Shown: positions 54,419-64,000 of the stretch, piece after piece | Position numbering within the stretch: the first letter of the stretch is position 1 | How the letters are laid out: the number at the start of each line of letters is the position of its first letter | DNA from: Octopus vulgaris | Lineage: Eukaryota | Reading direction: 5' to 3' | Assembly (NCBI GenBank): GCA_951406725.2 | Contig: OX597840.1 | Coordinates: 36,394,001 to 36,458,000 of the forward strand | Length of the DNA: 64,000 nt | The notes under the pieces: model-generated | The model's input: only the letters and a program-made list of their open reading frames with translations | Told to the model about the DNA's origin: nothing | Databases searched by the model: none | Made by a program: the position numbers and the translations under genes

Positions 54419-56460
54419 TAGATATAGATATGCAAACATATTTACATACATATATTTACATGCATACATATACGCACATATATGTGGATACATATATACA
54501 CATATATCAATATACACACATATATGCATATATATACTTATATACACACATGTATTTATACATATATTTATCTGAATACACAATAGTTTATGTGCATGTA
54601 TTTATATACCCAGATGTGTATATGCAAACACATATATAATATATATATATATATAAGTGGAGGCAGAATGGCCCAGTGGTTAGGTCAGTGGATTTGTGGT
54701 CGTAGGATTGCAGTTTCAATTCCCAGACCATGCCTTGTAAGTATTTAATGAGTGAAAACACCTAAAGCTCCCCTAGGCTTCGGAAGGGGGTGGTGGCGAT
54801 ACTCTTTTGCCACAACTTCTTCTCACTATTTCTTCTGTTGGCCTGCTCACTTAGCCAGCAGGATGGTGTCATTTGAAGGCTAAAAGAATGCAAAGTGCAT
54901 TGTGACCAGCGATGTGACATCTGATAGCCTGGTCGGTCACTGTGATATATATTCATACACAGTGTGCAAGAGTGTTTCTGAAGGCACTTAATCCCCTTAT
55001 ATCACTCTTTCCAAACTAATAAAAACGTGTCTGTCTTATAGATCCCCCATTTTAGGTAAAATGCTGACACAAGAAAAAACATGCAGTCCTTGTTGCTTTA
55101 TGTTTAGAAAAGGCCTTTTGTAGACACCGTTTGGATGAAACTGGAAGCCTTTGGTGAGAATGTTTAAACTATATCAAGGAGAAAAATCATTCCAAACATT
55201 TAGACATTATGAAGCTTGCAGAACCCATCCAACAAGTTCAAAACATTAGTGATGATGATTTTGAAAAATCAAGATGACCAAAGAACCTCAGGAGGGGCTA
55301 CCAAATGTACTGAGGAGAGGTCGATTTAGGATTGCAGTGACACCAGAAATGCATCTGATCCATGCAAAAGAGTTCCTTAACAAAGTTTAAGAACCTCTCA
55401 TGAAAATAGACTTTTGGCCCAACTATGTCATCAAGACTAGAAACATTTGCAGCAACTGCACAATGACTGCACAAACTAAATGCAAGCCAAAAATGGAGAG
55501 GCAAAAACGTGACCATGAAAAGCAAAATCAAACCCCTGTGTGTTGGCTCACTTCATCATCCTGTTCACATGTGAGATGTGGAATCCCATTGCAGAGATAC
55601 AAACACTGGAAATGAGAAGATGGTACAATATCTGAGGCTTTTCCATACTGAAACTACATTATAAGGGAACAGGTTTGTGAAACCATCCAACCCTGACTAA
55701 CTTCCTCCCATGAAGACTTTCACAAAATGCTGTAGCAAAGGCTGGGATGGTGCGGCCATAGAACAAGATACAATGGAAGAAGTTGAGGGCACTAAGATAA
55801 GTGAAGCACGCACTCATGCACTCAGATATGTGATTTTTACACACTCACACACACACACACACACAAATATTCACAATCGTTTAAAGGTTTAGACAATGGA
55901 TGTTATGAATGTTGTTTTGACAAAAAAGTTTATGGATGAATTATTGTCTTGTGTCAGGCTTTCAACAATTCTACCTTTGCCAAAATATTCAAATGCTTTA
56001 TTGTTAAGAAGCAGGTAAGAGTTTTTATGGAAGCTATGTCACCTGCAACCCTTCCGTCTCTGTTTCTTTCTTACATAAAATGCACTTTGGATCACATTGT
56101 ACAACTGGTCTTATAAAGAGAGTAGCAGGCAGTTTAAGGAAGATTTTAAAGTTCTGTTAGTCGTAGTAACAACACAAATAGCTTTTACTCTTGCTGGGAT
56201 GTTCACAACTACCATGAAGAGTTCAGCTCTAAGTGAAACTCTGAGTAGACCCTCATGTTTTTATATTTTAAACATATTTATCTTCGCTACTGAATGTAGT
56301 GGGTTCTGTAATAATGCTTACAGTATGTTAAATACATTTTGTAATATACTTCCTAGCTCTTATGTTATATATCCAGGTGCATGACACCTTAGGCAAGTTT
56401 CTTCTACTTGGGCAAATCAAAGGGTTCAGTAGGCAGAAACTGAAAGAAGTCTGTGTGTGC

Positions 56461-56494
<34 letters not shown>

Positions 56495-56589
56495 ATGTGC
56501 ATAATATTTTCATGGTGAACTATGATTTTAAATCACTAAGAGCTTATTCAATTTCATAATCTTCTACAATGCTGCTGTATCTAAATTTA

Positions 56590-57260
56590 CCATTTTTCCA
56601 TGATGATGGAGCTGTGGGAATTGCTAATTTTCATGCTCAAAGCCATGTGAAAATTCTTCAAGTTCACTGAGGCCGTGATTGTCAGGAGTGATTATGTATA
56701 CAACCGCAGGCCAAGTCAGTGAAGATTCATAATTTTCAATCTTTTTGACATGTGAAAATTTCTTTGTTGTTTTAAATTTTTTTTTTGGCTCTGACTATAG
56801 ATTTATCAGAATTGCTAATAGAGCTTTTTAAACTTTTTATCAGCCATTCTTTGCTAAAATAATAATTTTAAATCACTACAGACCTGCAATTCATATTTTT
56901 TATTCTAATTTGTTATTTTCACTGCCATGTCAACATTTTTACTTTTTGTTGGTTGTGGTTTATGCCATGAAGTCTGTGAGAAGACAAATTTATCTAAATT
57001 CACAAAGTTCTTTACATAAATTCAGTATCCAGGTGCCATTATGAGTTCTAGACTTTTCTTAGCCTGGAATTGTCTGAGATCATTTGTTGAATGATCCTGC
57101 TTTTATGAGCAAATTATGGACATAAAACTGAAATTGCCCAAAGGTAGCAAGCGTGATTTATGCCATCAAAAGCCAATTTCCCTCATAGTGTAGGACACAG
57201 TTGCATCATATGGGTGCAAGTCCTCCCTGATCTTCATTGATGCTGGCATCAAAGCAGTCA
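56590..57260 (+). mobile_element. Highly decayed Tc1/mariner (maT-like) remnant
   Basis: QKPISLIV*DTVASYGCKSSLIFIDAGIK resembles the maT VMVW.GV...K.PLIFI..GVK segment. Confidence 0.45.
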
Positions 57261-58279
57261 ATCGAATAACTCTTTTGTCTTAATAACGGTCAATCACACA
57301 GCAATTTCCCTTTGTATAACGGTAATTTTTCATAGCATTTTTCCGATGGCCAGATAACTTAAGAGATGGTGGCGTGGATTATTATTGAGTGAGAGTACAG
57401 TGCATGCCATCAAAGTGATACTAGGGTACAAATATATGAAACCCATTATACCCATCATGATTACATGCCTGATAAGGGTACACCAAGCACAGGCATCACA
57501 ACCATATGTGTACAACACAGTGATTTAATATCAAGATAAACAGCACATGACCTTGCAGGTGGGACCCAGTTAGAATTTTCTTCAGGTCAAGTAGCCCATC
57601 CTGCTTATTAGGTCCCTGAATAAAGGTTGAGGATGTTGAACGAAACACCCATGTTTCCAAAGATGAATTGTTCAAACCCCAAAGAATCCCTCTCAACACA
57701 TGGCTATGATGCTCCCCCACTACTTCTGATCATGATCAGAGGTGCACATATTGTCAGCCTCTAAGAGACATGCTCAACTGGTTAAGGTCAAACAACTGAC
57801 AAGCAAATCTGTGGTATTGAGCAGAATATTTGCTGTAGTCCATCTTTTATACTAAGACAAAACAATGTACATGATAACACTTCCAATCAGTTAAGATCAG
57901 AAACCATGAGAGCCACTGCCTGGTACTGCATCTGGGCTGCTATTATTTGATTTGAGCCAGGTTTAGTCTTATTCCTGGTAGGATTTATGTGGGTAATGGG
58001 TTACTACATGTAACCTTAGGTATACAGAGGTATTTTGTCTGTCGCTATGTTCTGAGTTTAAATTCCCCTGAGGCTGACTTTGCTTTTCATCCTTTTGGGG
58101 TTGATAAATCAAGTATCAGTGAAACACTGGGGTCGATGTAATTGGCAAGTCCCCTCCTTGAAAATTTCAGGCCTTGCACCTTTAGTAGAAAGGATTATTA
58201 TTATTATTATTATTATTTCTGGGAGAATTTATGTGGCTAGCTGATTACTTCCTGTAACCCTAGATATCCACATAATTTC

Positions 58280-59785
58280 AATAAGCCATAGAAGAACTCA
58301 CAGTCCTTCTAACAATCTTTCCTATTTCTAAGGGGCAAAGGTCTGCTGGACACTCTATTCCAATCGCTTTTATATATTTGTCAATCTCATCACTCACAGC
58401 CTTTAATGAAACAATTATTACAAGTACAATCTTTACAATTTTTCTGCTCCAAATCCTTGTAACCTCAAATTTTAAGGAGTTGTATTTTTTCATTTACTCT
58501 CTTCACAATGTGAGTATCAGATGACCAAAGATGACCAGTTTTCCTTTCTATTTTTGTTATGTTCTATCCTGTTGTCCTTTTAAAGTGGAAACACCTGCAG
58601 GTTTCCAACTCAAGTGTCCTTTCTGTCCAATGATTGTACCATGTACTTCCTGCTTCAAACTCTCACTCTTGACAAAGCTTCCAGTGTAAAACTTTCACAA
58701 TTTGTAAAACTTTCACAGGACGTCATGATAGATCATTAGTTCCTACACGCATTTTTTTCTCTCCTTTTTTTCTCTCCTAGTTTTTTCTGTATATCTTTCT
58801 GTCGAAGAGCGTAGGCTCGAAACGTAAAAGACTTTTTCTATTTCTATTCCTGAGCGCCATACTAATACATTTGTTTGTTTGTACTCCACCTGCCTTCGTC
58901 TTTTGTTTATTTTCATAAACTTTCCCGTTTCACAATTTCAGCCTGTTTCAATTTCTTTCATTCCGCTTAGACCAACTCAGGATATTCTGCAACAATCTGT
59001 GCCATTGTTTCGTCCCAAAACACATTTTATTGACTCATTCTTCCCATACACATATTTTCTTTTGATTGTTGATTGTTTTTTAACACTTGATCTTCGGCAG
59101 CTGTAATAAAGTCCTCTCTTTCTTTTATCAGTTGTCCTGTTTCCGACCAAGCCTCGGCATTTGTTCCACACACATGCTCAGTGGCTTCCCAAAACTAACC
59201 ATGGGAAAGTTTCTCATAATCTCTTTCACATTTTCTCTCATTTTCATTCTTCTCCTTCACCTCTTTCTCCAGTCTTCATTTCCTGTTCTTTTTCTTCAGT
59301 AACTTTTCTGTGCTGTTCTGTAAATAACCCAGTAAGCTGCTCCTTTCCACCTGCACACACTCTTCCACACCAATTAAGTCTCTTCTACCTCAGTCACTCT
59401 TCTTCCACAATCGACTGATATCAGCTTTTGGATTCTGCCCTCCGTACACAGTCAACAGCTTTCTAGTTTCCTTGTCAAGTTTCTGCATTTTGTCTTTTGT
59501 TCAATCCACAATTCCAGCTCCACATCTGACAATTGGAACTGTTCTTGAATTTACTGCTTCAAAGTCATGTCTTGACTTCATCCTTGACTGTAATATTTCC
59601 CTCACTCTCCCAGTCTACTCCCGACTGGTAATTTGCTTCATCTTTCCTTGTTATATTTCATCTGCCTCCAGTATTCCCAAATACTTAGACCCTTCTCCTT
59701 ACTCACTTCATTTCATCATTTGCCCATTTGGCAATTCAATTCCTTGGCTTCCTTCAAATCTTTTCCATTTCATTTTCAAATTATT
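58280..59785 (-). mobile_element. REL-type LINE 3' relic (interrupted at ~58735-58930)
   Basis: GIELPNGQMMK...GSKYLGILEADEI, then KKYNSLKFEVTRIWSRKIVKIVLVII. Confidence 0.7.
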
Positions 59786-59996
59786 AACAGGCAGAATTGT
59801 CAGTACAATGGCGCAAAATGCTTAGCGGCATTTCATCCACCTCTCTGCTCTGAGTTGAAATTCTGCTGAGATCAGTTCTGCCTTTCATCATTTCAGGGTT
59901 GATAAATTAAATACCAGTTATACACTGGAGTCAATGTAATCCACTTACCCCTTCCCCAACATTTCTGATTTTGTGTCAATAGTAGAATGGATTATA

Positions 59997-60034
<38 letters not shown>

Positions 60035-60489
60035 GACGAGGTTGACTTTACCTTTCATCCAATTGGGGCCAATGAAATAAGTACCAGTGAAACGCTGGGG
60101 GTCAATGTTATCAACTAGTCCCCTCCCCCAAAATTTCAGGCCTCGTGCCTTAATAGAAAGGATCATTACTATTATTATTATAAAAGAATTAATTATTAAT
60201 AAAAGAATTAATTATTATTATTATTATTATTATTATATAAGATGGTGAGCTGGAAGAATTGTTAGTATGCTGAATGAAATGCTTAGCAGTATTTCACCCG
60301 TTGTTATGTTCTGAGTTCAAATTCTGCAGAGGTCAGCTCTGCCTTTCATCCTTTTGGGTCGATAAAAAAAGTACCAGTTGGACACTGGGTTCGATGCAAT
60401 TGACACATCTACCACCTCCCACAAACTGCCCTTGTGGCAAAAATTTGAAATAAATATTATCATGGGTTGTACATGTACTTTATCTTAAC

Positions 60490-60855
60490 ATTTACTGACA
60501 AGATTCCTCAAATCTCAACACTCTTCCTTAGGATTCTTGTAGAATATATGATGGTTCTTTTCTGCAGGTCAACAATGCAATTTTCAATTCCAATCTCTTT
60601 CAGTCTTTTTGGTGGCATTTTGGGTGTTGTACCAAGTGCACCAATTACTACAAGAATAACTGTTGTCTTTCACGGTCTCCTTAGTTCTTTGGCTAAGATC
60701 CTGGTATTCCTCAATTTTTTCCATCTCATTGATATTGACCCAGCTGTTATAGGAAATTGCAAAATCTATGATCTCGTCTTGTCTATTTCGTCTTCTATGA
60801 TCAGATCAGGTCTTGTTGCTTCAGTACTACGGTCAGTGTTTATGGGGAAATCCCA
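60490..60855 (-). mobile_element. REL-endonuclease LINE 3' fragment (similar relic at ~33060-33390)
   Basis: DFPINTDRSTEATRPDLII...IIDFAI...EKIEEYQDL...VVIGALGTTPK. Confidence 0.75.
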
Positions 60856-61595
60856 CTACTATTGTTATTATTATTATTATTATTATCTTGTAAATGAAAC
60901 AGAGTAACAAGCAAAAAATTGTACAAAGAAAAAAAAATTACAAAAAATAAGTTAACAACAACAATAATAATAAAATAATAACAGTTAAACAAAGTAAACA
61001 AAGATATTTTGAAGAGTCCAACTCACTATGGAAACCCGAAAAAACAACAAAAAAAAGTAAACATAAAAAGTATTAAAAAAATTGAAGAAAAAAGTATAAA
61101 ATAACCAGTGAAAGTTGGACAAAGAAATAGATATTTAGTGGGTGGGGCTGAAACAGAAAAGAAAAAAAAGGAAATAAAAAGAGATTTATGTAGAAAGAAA
61201 ATAATGAATGGTGAATTTGAAAATAAAAAGGATAAAAAGAGGGATTTCATTCACAGGAAAACGAAAAAAAAACAAAAAAAAAACAAAGAAAGGAGTAAGA
61301 AGAATTTTTCATAATTGAAAAAGGATTTTGTTCCTTTGAAATTTTCTAAAAGAAAGTTGAGAAAAAGTTGGATTTTTAAGAAAATAAAATTCATGTGACA
61401 AAAAAGATATTTTTGGGTGAGTGGAGAGGGTAAGTTGGTAGGTGTTTTCTGAGCATGTGAGTGTGTTTGTGTGTGTGTGCAGAACCATATATAAACATAC
61501 ATGTATCAATATGTGTACATTTGTATATGTGATAACGTGTGCATACCAGCATATATACATATACATATATACATACATAGATACAAATACATATA

Positions 61596-61643
<48 letters not shown>

Positions 61644-61909
61644 CATATAGACTTGCAGATATATATATACATACGTAAAATACACCAATCCGACCGTGGC
61701 CGTTGCCAGCCTCGCCTGGCACCTGTGCAGGTGGCACGTAAAAAGCACCCACTACACTCACGGAGTGGTTGGCGTTAGGAAGGGCATCCAGCTGTAGAAA
61801 CATTGCCAGATAAGACTGGAGCCTGGTGCAGCCTTCTGGCTTCCCAGATCCCTGGTCGAACCGTCCAACCCATGCTAGCATGGAGAACGGACGTTAAACG
61901 ATGATGATG

Positions 61910-61941
<32 letters not shown>

Positions 61942-62407
61942 TTATAAATATATATATACATATAACTAGTGTAATGTGTTAATAATTTTAATGAATTAAG
62001 AATTGTAACGTTGATGTCATTCTTACTGCATTCCCACGTTTGCAGTCTCCTCTATGCTTATTTGTTACATATATTGATACGTCTCCATACACAGATAAAA
62101 CATGTGAGACAGTTTATGAGATAATTGGTTACACCATCTTACATTTCATTAACAATAAAGTAATGTGTGTGTCTGTAGGTGTGTAGAGAAGTGTGCACGT
62201 GTATGCATACATGTATATATATTTTGCTTCAGTTATTTGACTGCGGTCATACTGGAGCTCCAGCTTTAGCTGAACAAATCGACCCCAGCACTTATGCTTT
62301 TGTAAGCCTAGTAATTATTCAATCAGTCTCTTTTGCCGAACCACTAAGTTACGGGATGTAAACACACCAACATCGGTTGTCAAGCAATGATGAGGGGAGG
62401 GACAAAC

Positions 62408-62463
<56 letters not shown>

Positions 62464-64000
62464 AGCTTCTTTTAGTTTCTGTCTACCAAATCCACCCACA
62501 AGGCTTCAATCAGCCTGAGGCTACAGTGGAAATGCCATGCAGTGGGACTGAACCCAGAACCATGTGGTTGGTAAGCAAGCTACAGTACATATATTTGTGG
62601 ATACATAGATGTGCACACCCACTCTTCCTGCCCCAGGTCTACTAGCTTCCGTTTCTCCTTACTTACCATCCCTCCACCCTACTCCTCCAATGCAGAACTG
62701 TCCATGCTTTCTACAAACTCCTGTCTGATTCCTCCACTTCCTGCTCCGCCCCCCCCCCCCGGGTCACCTTCCAACACATCTGCAAGCTGTGTGACCAAAT
62801 GCTCCCTATGTCTTTGTCCACTCTCTGCACTCAACCTAACTGCTTCCCTCACTCTCACCTATGCTGTCATACTGGTCCTTGACCCTCTGTCACTGGTACT
62901 CGCAATTGTTCCTTCCACATTACCACCCACCTTTATTTGTGCCTGCAGTAATCTGATAAACTGATTCCTTTTTCTCCCCTGTACTGAACAAAGTGGTTGA
63001 CACCTGGCTGACAAACATGTCCAGGACATCACACTCGGCGACAACACCTCAGTCTTGCGCCATTTCTGCCAAACTATTCATTTTTTGCAATATTTGTGTT
63101 TGGACTCGCTTTGCACAGAGGCCTCCTGAACTCCCTTCTGTCTGCAGCAGAAATTGATTTCTTCTCTCCATACTTCAGTCCCTTATGGTCTAAATTCTCC
63201 ACCCCTTTTCCCCTTTGCATTTAAACTACTCCTTCACACACACTTACCCATCCATCCCTCACATTCCCATTATCTCCTCAACTTCTACCCCTAACACACA
63301 CTACACCACTGAACTCATTACCCAACACTGCACATGTTCAAACAGCATACACACACAAACACACACACTTCTGTTACAGTCTTCCATGTTACCCATCTTT
63401 TCACTTCCCAACACCTACCACATTTGTCACCTCTATTCCAAACAGCTCTAGCCAGTATGATACATATAACATCTTCATACACACACATCTGCATAAACAG
63501 CACACACACACACACACACACATACAATATACCAATATACACACTATAGCTTCACACACACACCTTTGCATACATACATATATACATTGGCTGATAGCCT
63601 CATACACACAAAAAGTCAGAAGTGGGACACATGCACAAACACACAATATACATGTGTATAATAGCTTCATACCAACATGTATATGCACACACACACACAC
63701 ACACTCACATCTGACTGCATTGTACAAACACACCAGAAAGCAAAGACACACTCATATACACAGTAGCTTCATACACACATACATGGTTGTACATACACAC
63801 ATACATATATCAGATAGCCATGTACACACATACATGCATAAACAGAAAACATGTACACATACATATAAACAGAAAATATGGATACACACCTGCCTTCCTA
63901 AATTAATTTAATGGAAAAGGTTACTAGCCCTAAGATAGCGGCTTCTGTCAATGATTTCAACAATCCATTAATGCTACATGTAAAGGTAACACATCTCTGA

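Noticed and set aside
55200-55660. Cys-containing short ORFs
   Set aside because: No recognisable domain or splice structure; probably decayed repeat.
58500-58520. GATACTCAC ('D-T-H') on the minus strand
   Set aside because: It lies inside a REL-type LINE relic and has no GALNT context.

Overview
AT-rich, intron-dominated animal genomic DNA. The repeat repertoire ((TA)n/(CA)n seas, a tRNA-derived SINE, RTE tails, Penelope-like fragments) is typical of an octopus or related cephalopod (inference). Nearly all supplied ORFs are microsatellite or repeat artefacts. The real gene is a minus-strand polypeptide N-acetylgalactosaminyltransferase (GT27; closest by recalled sequence to Drosophila PGANT9 / C. 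elegans GLY-5). Its 5' exons, including the DxH motif, lie beyond position 64000. Six constitutive exons splice in frame (20696-20813, 18072-18257, 16022-16150, 13375-13479, 11488-11616, 9294-9449). The key observation is three diverged, intact, phase-matched (phase 1 to phase 2, lengths 3n+1) copies of the catalytic-domain exon 'GWLEPLL...GxFDWxLxFxW...AP(I/V)' at 47950-48163, 36627-36834 and 31658-31868. This is a candidate mutually exclusive exon cassette that would swap the acceptor-peptide-binding groove of the enzyme. The introns also hold Tc1/mariner relics (including a DD37E copy), CR1, RTE and REL-type LINE relics, long fold-back palindromes, several Penelope-type hammerhead-ribozyme-like motifs, and a possible internal promoter.
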